DNA from: Thermodesulfobacteriota bacterium
GTDB taxonomy: Bacteria; Desulfobacterota_D; UBA1144; Nemesobacterales; JAJCZQ01
Length of the DNA stretch: 64,000 nucleotides
NCBI GenBank assembly: GCA_965215275.1
Contig: OZ244044.1
Location: 1,024,001 to 1,088,000, forward strand
Reading direction: 5' to 3'
How positions within the stretch are numbered: the first letter of the stretch is position 1; each line of letters begins with the position of its first letter. The position numbers and the translations under genes were made by a program. The notes beneath the pieces were generated by a model, which saw only the letters and a list, made by a program, of their open reading frames with translations, searched no databases and was not told where the DNA came from. Below, one piece after another: positions 50,051-63,458 of this stretch.

Positions 50051-50488
50051 ATGAAAACAGCCACTTTAGTCTTATCGTTAATTTTTCTTTTCCTTACAGC
50101 TTCCTGCAATAAAGGGTGGCAGGACCCGAACACGACGGTGCCGGCGTCGGAGCTTCCAGTTGCAACCATTGTGGCAGCCCCTAACGCGTTCAACGGAGCT
50201 GGGGTTATAGTCAAGGGAGTAGTGTGGAACATTGTAAACGACGAGTTTACCTATACGGACAATGGTGATGAGAGGACGGTAAGTTATTCCATGTTCAAGC
50301 TGGCGGATAAGAAAGGGAATTTTGTGACCGTATATACAGAGTCGCTGGAAGATGTAAAGGAAGGGGACCTGATAAAGGTCAGGGGTATTTACAGAAAAGA
50401 TATGAACACGCAGAAAAGATACTACGTTAACGAGATCGAAGCAGTGGACATTCAGGTGATAGAATCGCAGGTAAAAACAAAAGGATAA
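50051..50488 (+). CDS. Lipoprotein, probable OB-fold
   Basis: MKTATLVLSLIFLFLTASC lipobox; beta-rich body (VKGVV, FKLAD, EGDLIKVRG). Confidence 0.7.
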   Translation: MKTATLVLSLIFLFLTASCNKGWQDPNTTVPASELPVATIVAAPNAFNGAGVIVKGVVWNIVNDEFTYTDNGDERTVSYSMFKLADKKGNFVTVYTESLEDVKEGDLIKVRGIYRKDMNTQKRYYVNEIEAVDIQVIESQVKTKG

Positions 50489-50510
50489 AAACGGATAAAC
50501 CCCTGCCGAC

Positions 50511-53046
<2,536 letters not shown>

Positions 53047-53047
<1 letters not shown>

Positions 53048-54633
53048 CAGAATTTGACCTGCGTCAGGGAAATTATATCAGGGATCTTACGTATTTTGTC
53101 CATAAGTTCCTGTGGAACAGGGGAATCAACGTTCGTAAAAACAATAGCCCTTCCTCCGATCTTTTCCCTGCCAAGATGCATAAGACCGATATTTACCCCA
53201 TGCTCGCCAAGCAGGGAGGTCATTGAAGCGATAAATCCCGGCTTGTCATAGTTCTCACTGTAAAGCATATAACCTTGAGGCTTTACGTCAACTGATATAC
53301 CGTTCAGCAGGACAAATCTCGTCTCACCCCGGCCAAATATCGTTCCGGATACCCTGGTTTCCGCTTTCGAAGTAATAACGGTAACGTTTATAAGACTGGT
53401 AAATTCATTTGCAGTTTCCGTTTTTGATTCTATCACCTTAATACTGCGCTCCCTGGCTATGACCGGAGCATTAACGTAAGTGACGACCAGGTCCATCATG
53501 GGAGAAAGAAAACCCTTGAGCGCTGCCACGGTAAGGGGTTCGGTGTTCAGTTTTGATACTTCTCCTGCAAATTCTATCCGTATTTCCTTAACGGCACCTT
53601 TACATATCTGTCCATGAAGGCTTCCGATCTTTTCCGCAAGGTTCAGGTAGGGTTTTAAGGACTTTAGCTGCTCAAGGTTCAGTGACGGCATGTTCACGGC
53701 GTTCCTTACGACACCGTCCGTGGCAAAATCAACCATCTGCTCCGCGATAGCAACCCCGACCTTTTTCTGAGCTTCCTCGGTCGATGCTCCAAGATGAGGA
53801 GTGTGTACTATGTTGTCATCAACCGTGAGGAGCGGGTCCCTGCTTTCAAGTGGTTCAGAGGAGTAAACGTCCATACCGGCACCGGCTATTCTGCCCTTTT
53901 TCAGTGCATCGACCAGATCCCGTTCATTAACGATGCCTCCTCGTGCACAGTTGATTATAAGAACGCTCTCTTTCATTTTAGCTATACTGTCCGCATTTAT
54001 CAGATCTTTTGTGTCCGAAGTAAGGGGAGTATGTATGCTTATCACGTCGGATCTTTCCAGCAGTTCGTCAAGTGAGACAAGTTGAACGCCCAGTTTGGCA
54101 ACGGCTTCCCGGGTCAGAAAAGGATCATAGGCGATCGCCTTCATCTTTATTCCGATAGCACGTTCTGCAACCAGCTTGCCTATGTTGCCCAGACCTATGA
54201 ACCCAATTGTCTTTCCATACAGTTCAACTCCCTTGTACTTGCTCCTTTCCCATTTTCCCTTTGCAAGGGAGCAATGTGCCTGCGGTATGTTCCTTGCAAG
54301 TGAAAAAAGAAGGGCCAGGCTGTGCTCCGCCGTCGTGATAGCGTTTGCTTCCGGGGTGTTCATAACGACTATACCGTTCCTCGTGGCCGTTTCCACGTCA
54401 ACGTTATCCACACCGATGCCAGCTCTGCCTATTATCTGTAAATTACCCTCGGAGGCCTCTATTACTTCCTTTGTGACTTTTGTGGCACTTCTTACTATCA
54501 GTCCCTGATAGCTTTTTATCTCCGTCAGAAGTTCTTGTGGCGAAGTCTTCTTGTTTACGACCAGGTCTACGTTTGCCGCCCTGATGATATTCTCACCTTT
54601 CTCAGAAAGGCCGTCAGTGGCCAATATTCTCAA
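53047..54633 (-). CDS. serA: D-3-phosphoglycerate dehydrogenase
   Basis: GRAGIGVDNVD, GLGNIG, INCARGG, TPHLGAST, C-terminal ACT. TTG 54633 has a GGAGG RBS. Confidence 0.95.
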
Positions 54634-54759
54634 ATTACACCTCCGGAACTGGTAGGTCTGATAAAACCTGTAAAATATATGCGAGACTGGGATTTTGTCA
54701 ATTGAAAAAACGGACACGGATAACGGTCGTTTGATCATTAAAAAACTCCGGGCTGGTTA

Positions 54760-55530
54760 ATGCCCGGCGATTTAGTTAACATTCATAAAGCAATGACAGA
54801 GCAGAAACTGATGAACTTTCTGGATCACGTTCAGGAACTCAGAAAAAGGGTCCTTTACGTGCTGATAGCTGTTTTTATATTTTTCATACCGGCTTATTTC
54901 TTCTCAAAGGAAATATTCTCTTTTCTTATGACCCCTATAATCGCAAACCTTCCCAGTGGCAGTTCGATGATATTCATCAGACCAGCTGAAGGGTTTATAA
55001 CTTATTTAAAAGTATCGATCTTTGCTGCCTTCGTTCTTGCCTTTCCCGTTGTTCTTTACCAGGTATGGAGCTTCATATCCCCTGCTCTGTATAAAAGAGA
55101 AAAGAGGATACTGCTTCCCTTTCTTCTGTTCGGAACGATATTTTTTCTCTCCGGCGGTCTGTTCTGCTACTACGTTGCGGCACCAAAGGGATTTGGATTT
55201 TTACTTGGCGAGTATTCAAGTGAATACGTAAAGGCATTTCCAACTATCAGGGAAGGATTATCTTTCCTGATGTCGCTTATGATAGGGTTCGGGCTGGTTT
55301 TTGAATATCCGGTCGTGGTGTTCATGCTGTCAAGATTTGGACTTATCACAGGCAGCTGGCTGAGAAAGCAGAGAAAGTACGCATGGCTTGTAAGTGCAGT
55401 TGTAGCAGCATTTATCACTCCGACGACCGATGCCGTATCAATGATGTTCATGCTCGTGCCCCTGTTCATCTTTTATGAACTGGGAATTTACGTTGCACTG
55501 ATATTCGGCAGAAAAGAACGGGCAGAATAA
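54760..55530 (+). CDS. tatC: Twin-arginine translocase subunit TatC
   Basis: HVQELRKR, WSFISPALY..E, FGLVFEYP, ITPTTD. Start may be 54793. Confidence 0.94.
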   Translation: MPGDLVNIHKAMTEQKLMNFLDHVQELRKRVLYVLIAVFIFFIPAYFFSKEIFSFLMTPIIANLPSGSSMIFIRPAEGFITYLKVSIFAAFVLAFPVVLYQVWSFISPALYKREKRILLPFLLFGTIFFLSGGLFCYYVAAPKGFGFLLGEYSSEYVKAFPTIREGLSFLMSLMIGFGLVFEYPVVVFMLSRFGLITGSWLRKQRKYAWLVSAVVAAFITPTTDAVSMMFMLVPLFIFYELGIYVALIFGRKERAE

Positions 55531-55587
55531 GTGATCCGGCAGAACCGGTCCACCCGTGATCCGAAGGACTGACCCAATGATATCAGA

Positions 55588-56595
55588 TCAGTTACCCAGC
55601 TTTTTTGGAGCAAGCCTGGTCAGGGTTTCCACTATCTGCTCTCTGGAGGCTTTGAACGGGAACATCAAGACAGGACAGTCAACTTCGGACCATAAAGCAT
55701 GCAGTTTTTCCAGAGCGTCTTCCTGCAGGCCGTTTACAGATACGGTATTTGTCAGTTCATCACTGACGCACTTTACCGCAGCCTCCATATCCCTCCTGCC
55801 CCATGCCTCCTTAACTCCGGAGGCGTCGGTCTCAAATCCGTAGCTGCTCACCAGTCTGTTGTAGTAAGGTCCCATTGCACCTACGTAAAACGCAATGAAC
55901 TCCTTCAACCTGTAATTTGCCTGTTCCTGATCATCCGATACCAAAGCCGGTACGTAGGGATAAACCGAAACGTCCTTCACGGCCCGCCCTGCCGTCAGGG
56001 AGGCTTTTTCAACTACATCCCTCAGCTTTATCAGATGACCCACGGGACAGAGGAACGGCAGCCATCCATCGGCGACCTCTCCGGTCATCTGCAGATTTTT
56101 AGGACCGAGCGAGGCAAGATATACGGGAACGTTCCTTCTTACAGGTTCGGACTGCAGCCTGAAGTTTCTGAGCCTGAATATCTCTCCCTCGTAATTTACC
56201 CGTTCACCGCTTAAAATAAGCCTTATTATCTCAACGTATTCCCTGGTCCTCTGAAGAGGTCTTTCATGCCTGGTTCCATGCCAGTTCTCATTTACCAGAC
56301 TGGTGCTTGAACCAAGTCCGAGCACGCTCCTTCCGCCTGATATCAGATCAAGCGTTGCTATGGTCTGTGCCATTACCGCGGGACTTCTGCTGTATATGGA
56401 AACTACACCACTTCCGAACTTTAAACTGTCCGTGTTATGAGCGATCGTTGCCAGTAACGTAAACGCGTCATTTCCCCAGGTTTCAGGAACCCATATGGAA
56501 TCGTAACCAAGCTCTTCTGCAAGTTTTGAGTAAAAAACGACCCCATCCCTGTCGATAGTAGCCCAGTTTGGAAGAACAAAGGCCAGTTTTGACAT
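55588..56595 (-). CDS. LLM class flavin/F420-dependent oxidoreductase
   Basis: AEELGYDSIWVPE, RSPAVMAQTIATLD.ISGGR, GEVADGW. Confidence 0.88.
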   Translation of the reverse strand: MSKLAFVLPNWATIDRDGVVFYSKLAEELGYDSIWVPETWGNDAFTLLATIAHNTDSLKFGSGVVSIYSRSPAVMAQTIATLDLISGGRSVLGLGSSTSLVNENWHGTRHERPLQRTREYVEIIRLILSGERVNYEGEIFRLRNFRLQSEPVRRNVPVYLASLGPKNLQMTGEVADGWLPFLCPVGHLIKLRDVVEKASLTAGRAVKDVSVYPYVPALVSDDQEQANYRLKEFIAFYVGAMGPYYNRLVSSYGFETDASGVKEAWGRRDMEAAVKCVSDELTNTVSVNGLQEDALEKLHALWSEVDCPVLMFPFKASREQIVETLTRLAPKKLGN

Positions 56596-56689
56596 ACAGG
56601 TACTCCTTTTTTTATTTGAATATCTTGCTGTAAAATAAGAACATAATCAAATTTGCCCGTTTATATGAATTAAAAACAAGGAGAGAAAG

Positions 56690-57901
56690 ATGAGAACGTT
56701 ACCTTCAAGGATGCAGGACAGACTGTACAACGATCAGTTCATCCCGAGCGAAACACTCAGGATGCGGAAAAAATACAGACGCTTTGCCGAAGAAGAGCTG
56801 TTCCCACAGGCATATCAGATCGGTCAGAGGACCGAGGATAATGATAACTTCCCATGGAAGCTTTTCAGATCAATGGCAGAAAAAGGTTTTTTCAAAGTGC
56901 CTTTTAAAAAATCGGAAGGAGGACTGGGATTAAAATATCCAGCCTGTGCAGCAGCAGTTCTTGCAGAGGAACTGGCCTACGTAAGTGCCAGTTTCGCAGG
57001 GTCTGTAAATGCTCATTTTCTGCTTGCGGGAAAAAGTATCAGTTTCGGTTCTGAACACATCAGGAAAAAATATCTAAAACCACTTCTGCAGTGCAGATCG
57101 GTGGGAGCTTTTGCAATGACGGAACCACAGTCGGGATCAGACGTAAGAGCGGATTCACTGATAACAAAAGGGATCAGAAAAGGAAAAAAATACATAATAA
57201 GCGGTCAGAAGAGATATATAACGAACGCAGGGATTGCAGATTACGTTTCAACGCTCGTAAACATTGAAGGCAAGTCCTGCATGCTTGTAATTGATCTGAA
57301 CTCCGAAGGATGCAGAGTAGGCAAGCCGGACAAAAAACTCGGTAACAGAGGGGAACTGACTTACGACATATATTTTAACAACGTTGAGGTTCCCAGGGAA
57401 AATCTGATCGGCAAGGAAGGGGATGGGCTTAAGGTCTGTATAGGTGCCCTGATGTACGGAAGGACGGGAATTGGAGCAAGCGGAACAGGAATGGCACAGT
57501 CGGCTTTTGACGAATGTTCTCAGTTTATGAATAAAAGGGAGGCTTTCGGAAAAAAGATAAACCAGTTCCAGCACTGGCAGTTCTTAATGGCAGAAAGGGC
57601 AATAGAGATCGAGAATGCCAGAAATCTGTATATTAAAAGTGCTCTTGCTATCGATCAGGGAAACAGCTTCCCCGTGATGCTGTCGTCGGGAGCAAAATTC
57701 TACGGTTCGGAGATATCGGTCACTATGGCAAGGGATGCCGTGCAGATATTTGGAGGGTTGGGACTGATGGTCGAACTGGGACATGACGACTCCACTTACA
57801 AGGTTGAAGAGATATACAGAGATTCAAAAGTCGGGGAGATATATGAAGGATCTAATGAAATTCATAAAATGCTTATCGCAAGGGAGATATTTAATTCCTG
57901 A
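56690..57901 (+). CDS. Acyl-CoA dehydrogenase
   Basis: FAMTEPQSGSD, GQKRYITN, AVQIFGG, EIYEGSNEI. Confidence 0.93.
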   Translation: MRTLPSRMQDRLYNDQFIPSETLRMRKKYRRFAEEELFPQAYQIGQRTEDNDNFPWKLFRSMAEKGFFKVPFKKSEGGLGLKYPACAAAVLAEELAYVSASFAGSVNAHFLLAGKSISFGSEHIRKKYLKPLLQCRSVGAFAMTEPQSGSDVRADSLITKGIRKGKKYIISGQKRYITNAGIADYVSTLVNIEGKSCMLVIDLNSEGCRVGKPDKKLGNRGELTYDIYFNNVEVPRENLIGKEGDGLKVCIGALMYGRTGIGASGTGMAQSAFDECSQFMNKREAFGKKINQFQHWQFLMAERAIEIENARNLYIKSALAIDQGNSFPVMLSSGAKFYGSEISVTMARDAVQIFGGLGLMVELGHDDSTYKVEEIYRDSKVGEIYEGSNEIHKMLIAREIFNS

Positions 57902-58010
57902 TGTTGAACTGAAAAAACATTGACTGCCGCCGAAAAACGCTTTTTAAATAGGGAATTATATATTTATCCACTTGACATTCGTTTATAATACGAAGTAAAA
58001 TATAAATGTT

Positions 58011-61000
58011 ATGAAAAATTTCATGAAAAATTCAAACATAAAAACACGTAGTTCCATTACCCCCCCCCCGTGTATACGTGACCTTTCATCTGGATATAAG
58101 TATTTTTTAAGAACAATGTTTAAGATAACCCCCCCCCCCATCTAAGTCATTACTAACCTTAGTCTTATTTATTCTGTGTTTGATAGTAATAGCTGCAAGA
58201 GCAGAGAGCAGCCTGGAAGAAACATTATCTGAATGCAGAGGTATGAGTGCAGATGTGGAAGATCCGTTATACGGATGTCAGTGGCATCTGAAGAACACTG
58301 GGCAGTTTATTTATTCAGGAAAGGAAATAACAGCAGGAGAAGATATAAACATAGAAGGAGTGTGGAACGAAGACGTATACGGTACCGGAATTAACGTAGC
58401 AATAGTAAGTGACGGTATCGACCTTTCACATGAGGACCTTTCTGCAAACGTCCGTTCCGGACCGAACTATAGTTATTCTGAAAGAAATAATTCTGAAGAG
58501 AACAGTTCTGAAAAAGATAGTTCAGAAAGAGATGATCTTTCAGACGGTTCATCCTTTACCGGAACACGAGCGGCAGGTGTTATTGCAGCAACTGGATATA
58601 ACGGACTGGGAGTAAGAGGAACAGCACCGGGTGCGAGTATATACAGTTACAGGTTATCCGGTGATCTCAGGGAAGCGGACGCGGTGGTCCGTAATAAGGA
58701 AATAACAGCTGTATCGGTTAACGGCCTGGGATCTGAGGACGGAGCTTTTTTTCAGGAGGCTTCAACTTCCTGGGAAGAAGGAGTGGAACTTGGAATAAGT
58801 AAAGGGTTTTATGGTAAAGGAGTGTTTTACGTCTGGGGAGCAGGGGACGGTCATGAAAGAGGAGATCAGGCTAATTTTTCTGAATATTCTAATTACTACG
58901 GCGTAACTGCCGTTTGTTCAACTGACGGTTTTGGAAAAAAGAGTATTTTTTCAGAAGAGGGAGTAAATCTATGGGTATGTGCACCTGGTTCTGATATTGT
59001 AACTACTGATAACAAAAACGATTACGTTGTAACTTCCGGAACATTTCTATCAGCTTCACAGGTTGGAGGAGTGGCAGCACTGCTGAGAGAGATAAACGGG
59101 AATCTGAGCTGGAGGGATATAAAGCTTATACTTGCGGGTTCAGCACGGCAGAACGATTTTTTTGATCCGAGCTGGGAGACTGGAGCTGTTAAATACGGTT
59201 CTGATACGGAAAGATATAATTCTAATCCTAAGTATGGTTTTGGCGTGGTAGACGCAGAAGCAGCTGCAGAACTTGCAAAAAGCTGGAAAGGCGTTGGAGA
59301 GATGAGGACCATTACAGCTTCTTCAGATAATGAACTGACAATTCCTGATGGAGATGGAGAAGCGGACGGGGTCCTTGTTTCCAGACTTATGATACCGGAC
59401 CTTGAAGAGGTAACATTTACGGAGTTCGTTGAAGCTGAGCTTGTTCTTTCGTGTGACTGCTTACAGGACCTTAATATACAGATAACCTCTCCTTCCGGGA
59501 CAGTATCTGAACTTGTGCGGGAGGTTGTAAGGGGATCTTCGAATGAAGAAGAAAACTGCGTCAGTTACCTGAGAAGAACACATCGTTTCGGGTCGGCAAG
59601 ACACCTCGGAGAAGACCCTTCCGGAGAATGGATCCTTCATATAACTGATACTGCTTATGGAGATGAAGAAAATGAAGAAAACACCGTTACCCTGCACTCA
59701 TGGAGCGTTAAGGTGTATGGACATTTTTATCAGGGATCTGGCAGTGAGATCACTCCTAAAGCTTTAACCTTCGGCGGTGCGACGATCCCAACCCAGAATT
59801 ATTTTGTAGGAGAAGCAATAACACCAGTAATGCTGCCTGAGGCAACCGGGGCAAGCGACATAACATACAGTTTTAATCCTGCTTTAGCAAGAGGATTGGA
59901 ATTTGATCAGGATACCCGAACTATAAGCGGAACACCAGCTATTACTCATGTGTCAGGTCGTTTGTATTCATATGTTGCAAGAGGTGGCGGACGGATTGTA
60001 ACTATACCTTTTACTATTAGAATTAGCCCTCGACGAGTGCCGACCTTCGGCAATCAGACGGTAGAAAATCAGGTTTTTGTTAATGGTTCAGCAGTAACGT
60101 TAACTCTGCCTCAGGCTACCGGAGGTAACGGAACTTTAAATTACAGTTTAACTAATAGTATAGGTGATCCAATTAAAATTAATGGATTGGATTATAACGA
60201 AAACACCAGAACGTTAAGTGGAACGCTCAACGTTTCTCCAAGTGGATTACCTATAACTCAAACTTATACCTACAAGGTAACTGATGATGACGGTGATTCT
60301 GACAGTATTACTTTCTCTATTACTATAACGGACCTGGCCTTTGAACACTATCCTCTAACTCATCTGATTTTTGTAGCAGGGAGGCAAGTAACACCACAAG
60401 TAGAGCTACCTGAAGCAACTGGAGGGACTGCTCCATTAACTTACAGTTTAACTCCTGATTTACCTCTTGGATTGAGTTTTAATGAAGTTACGCGGGTTAT
60501 AAGTGGCACACCAACTATTGGGATATCTGATACTGATTATACATATACTGTTACTGACGCAGATGGAACTACGGTGGAGTTTACATTTATTGTTCAGATA
60601 AGAGCAAGTTTTGATAATGTAACGATAAATAATAAGGTGTATATAGTCGGTACAGCAGTAACGGAAGTGCTGCCTGAGGCAATTGGACATAATGAAACGG
60701 TAACCACCTACGGTTTAACCCCTACATTACCAGCTGGACTGGACTTTAACACGGCTACCCGAGAGATAAGAGGAACACCGACTACTGCAACGTCTGAGAC
60801 TATGTATACATACAGAGTAGATGACGGAAATGGATTCACTAATGACGATTTAACTTTCAGTATCACGGTAAGGGATGCAACTGTACCTACTTTCAGTGGT
60901 GAGACTATAGATGATCAGGAGCATACAGCAGGGGTTCAGATAACACCAGTAACGCTGCCTGAGGCAACTTCAGGAGATGCTCCGTTAACATACCGTTTAA

Positions 61001-61851
61001 CCCCTGCCTTGCCTGATGGATTGATCTATAACAATATCACCGGAGTTATAAGCGGAACACCGACTGCTGCAATGTCTGAGACTATGTATACATATACAGT
61101 AACGGATAATGATGGAGATACGGATGAACTGACGTTTAATATTGAGGTAGCAGCAAGCTTCAGCAACGTAACGATAGAAGATAAGGTGTATATAGCAGGT
61201 ACAGCAGTAACGGAAATGCTGCCTGAGGCAACTGGACATAATGGAACGGTAACCTACAGTTTAACCCCATCATTACCAGCTGGACTGGACTTTAACACAG
61301 CTACCCGGGAGATAAGTGGAACACCTTCTGCTGCAACGTCTCAGACTACTTATACATATACAGTTACTACTGGTGCAGGAGGACCTGCACGAACTTTGAC
61401 ATTCAGGATAACGATAGAAGAAGACAGCGAACCGGACTTCAGCGTGACGACGATAGAAGATCAGGTGTACATGGGGAGATCAATAAGGTTGCCGGTAGCA
61501 ACGGGAGGGAATGCACCGTTAGTATACAGTATAACGCCTCCCTTACCTCCTAGGTTGAGATTGGACAGAAACACAGGGGTCATAAGCGGGACGCCCGCGA
61601 GTGCGTCGTCTGAGAGGACCTACACGTACACGGTAACGGACAGGGACGGAGACATGAAAGAGTTGACCTTCAGGTTCAGTGCAGCGGCTCCGCCACCGAC
61701 AGGTAGTGATCCAGGCGGAGGTGGAGGAGGATGTGCTGTATCAGAGCAGAGCAGTGTTGATGAAGATATTCTCGGAGTAATGGCATGTCTGATGCTTATA
61801 CCTGTATCAGTAGTTATCAGAAGGAAAAGAAGAGCTCAGATAAAGATGTAG
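58011..61851 (+). CDS. S8 subtilase homolog (triad substituted) + P-domain + 7 putative Ig repeats + sorting signal; frameshifted at C11 (58129-58139)
   Basis: The ATG58011/ATG58116 frame stops at 58143-58145. Removing one C joins it to the main frame and restores the signal peptide seen in gene 2. Motifs: IVSDG, FTGTRAAG, SGTFLSASQVGG, GGGGGGC-TM-RRKRR. Confidence 0.87.
58471..58530 (+). repeat. 4 x 15-bp degenerate tandem repeat (SYSER/NNSEE/NSSEK/DSSER)
   Basis: agttattctgaaaga, aataattctgaagag, aacagttctgaaaaa, gatagttcagaaaga; absent from gene 2. Confidence 0.8.
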
Positions 61852-62182
61852 TAATGCGGTCCTTTCTTAGGACACTTAACTAACTGAGATCTTTCCCATC
61901 AGAATATCTGCTGGCTGCTTATGGAAGAAGCTATATATCTTTGTTAAAGTCCTTTTTTGATATTCAATTTTCTTATTACCACAAGGATTTAACTACAAGG
62001 TTTTCCACCCGATACGAATATAATCTTGTTAAAAACATCTTTTTTATTCATTTGGCGCAGTTACATATATTATTCCCTTTTAAATAACTGTAATTCGTAA
62101 CGACCTTATTATCTGCCCACTGCTTCATTTACATAACTTTCTATATCGGGAATTTTCGTGCAATGTATAAAATATAATAAAA

Positions 62183-62201
62183 TATTACAACTCTTGTAAT
62201 A
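62183..62201. promoter_or_regulatory. Palindromic operator candidate upstream of the XRE gene
   Basis: TATTACAA-ctc-TTGTAATA, overlapping the direct repeat TAATAAAATATTACA (two copies). Confidence 0.55.
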
Positions 62202-62230
62202 AAATATTACACAGCTACAATACTGCCATT

Positions 62231-63040
62231 ATGATCCGGTCAAAGGAACTTGGGGAAAAAATAAGACGGTTAAGACAGGATAATGAGTTGTCTCAGGCAG
62301 AATTAGCCAGCGCTGTTGGTGTAAGCAGGGAAGTTATATCTAACCTTGAAAACGGTTTGAGAATGCCGAAGTTAAATGAGATAAACAGGTTGTCCGAACT
62401 TTTTAGCTGCTCCATTGATGATCTGATAAGTAACAGAGAGAGCGTAAAGATAATCGTAAAAAAAGACAATAAAAACAAGCAAAAGAAAGAGACTTTGAGA
62501 ATAAACGTGCCTCAGAAAAACCTCAGAAAGTTCAAAGAGGTGCTTCTGTACGTTCTGAGCAAGGTAGGTGCAAAACCAAACATAGGTGAGTCAGTTATAC
62601 AGAAGATGCTTTACTTTATTGACTTTGATCATTATGAAAAATACGAAGAGCAGTTGATAGGAGCAACTTACATAAAGAACAAATACGGACCCACACCGGT
62701 CGAGTTCCAGAAAGTCACAGGTTATATGATAGAACACAAAGATATAGTTAAACTTAAAAAAAATCATTTCAATTACGAACAGACAAAGTACCTTCCCTTG
62801 CGTAACGCCGACCTCACGGTTTTGAACGCAAACGAAGTGGAGACTATTAATAATGTCCTTGTAAGATTATCTGATATGAACGAAGATCAGATCTTACGGT
62901 ATTCACACAATGACATACCTTGGCTTGGAACCGAAGATGAAAAGACGATTGATTATGAAGCCGTTTTTTACAGAACTCCCGCATACTCAGTAAGACCACA
63001 TATTGAAGAAGATCAGAACGGAAGAGCTAACGGATTTTAA
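62231..63040 (+). CDS. XRE helix-turn-helix fused to DUF4065/SocA (Panacea-like) antitoxin domain
   Basis: LSQAELASAVGVSREVISNLENG HTH; KMLYFIDF, YGPTP, SH..IPW motifs. Confidence 0.82.
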   Translation: MIRSKELGEKIRRLRQDNELSQAELASAVGVSREVISNLENGLRMPKLNEINRLSELFSCSIDDLISNRESVKIIVKKDNKNKQKKETLRINVPQKNLRKFKEVLLYVLSKVGAKPNIGESVIQKMLYFIDFDHYEKYEEQLIGATYIKNKYGPTPVEFQKVTGYMIEHKDIVKLKKNHFNYEQTKYLPLRNADLTVLNANEVETINNVLVRLSDMNEDQILRYSHNDIPWLGTEDEKTIDYEAVFYRTPAYSVRPHIEEDQNGRANGF

Positions 63041-63369
63041 AAAAGACCTTAAAAAACTGATAAAAAGATTCCGAACGCTCGAAGAAGACCTGCAAATCTT
63101 TATCCAGTATCAGTTGAACCCGTTTCATCTTATGGGTCAGGACAGCAACGGTATAAAGCGCATAAGTGGTCTGGGGATCAAGAACCCTGAAATATACAAA
63201 ACAAGAAAGTTTGCATGTAAGTCGTTAAAAGGAAGGGGAAATAAATCTGGAATAAGAGTTGTTTACTCTTATCTTTAAAGACGAAGACAGGATCGAACTC
63301 GTTGAGGTCTACTTCAAGGGCGATAAAACATCAGAGGACAGAGATCGTATCAGAAAACTTTATGGTTAA
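63003..63369 (+). pseudogene. RelE-like toxin, frameshifted near 63275
   Basis: FKKDLKKLIKRF...IYKTRKFACKSLKGRGNKSGIRVVY, then a stop at 63276-63278. The C-terminus KDEDRIELVEVYFKGDK...LYG* continues in another frame. Confidence 0.72.
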
Positions 63370-63422
63370 TCCCTGACGCAGTAAAGATAATGCAGATCGA
63401 AATTCTTTATTAAAGAATAAAG

Positions 63423-63448
63423 TCACCCCCTGAAAATACAGGGGGTGA
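63423..63448. terminator. Hairpin between convergent genes
   Basis: TCACCCCCTG-aaaata-CAGGGGGTGA. Confidence 0.75.
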
Positions 63449-63458
63449 TATAATGATA

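Larger units (their letters stand above)
57951..62077. mobile_element. Non-autonomous TIR-bounded cassette carrying pseudo-subtilase gene 3
   Basis: GGGAATTATATATTTA (57951-57966) vs reverse complement of 62062-62077 GGGAATAATATATGTA (14/16). Perfect flanking direct repeat TTTTAAATA at 57942-57950 and 62078-62086. Confidence 0.7.
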
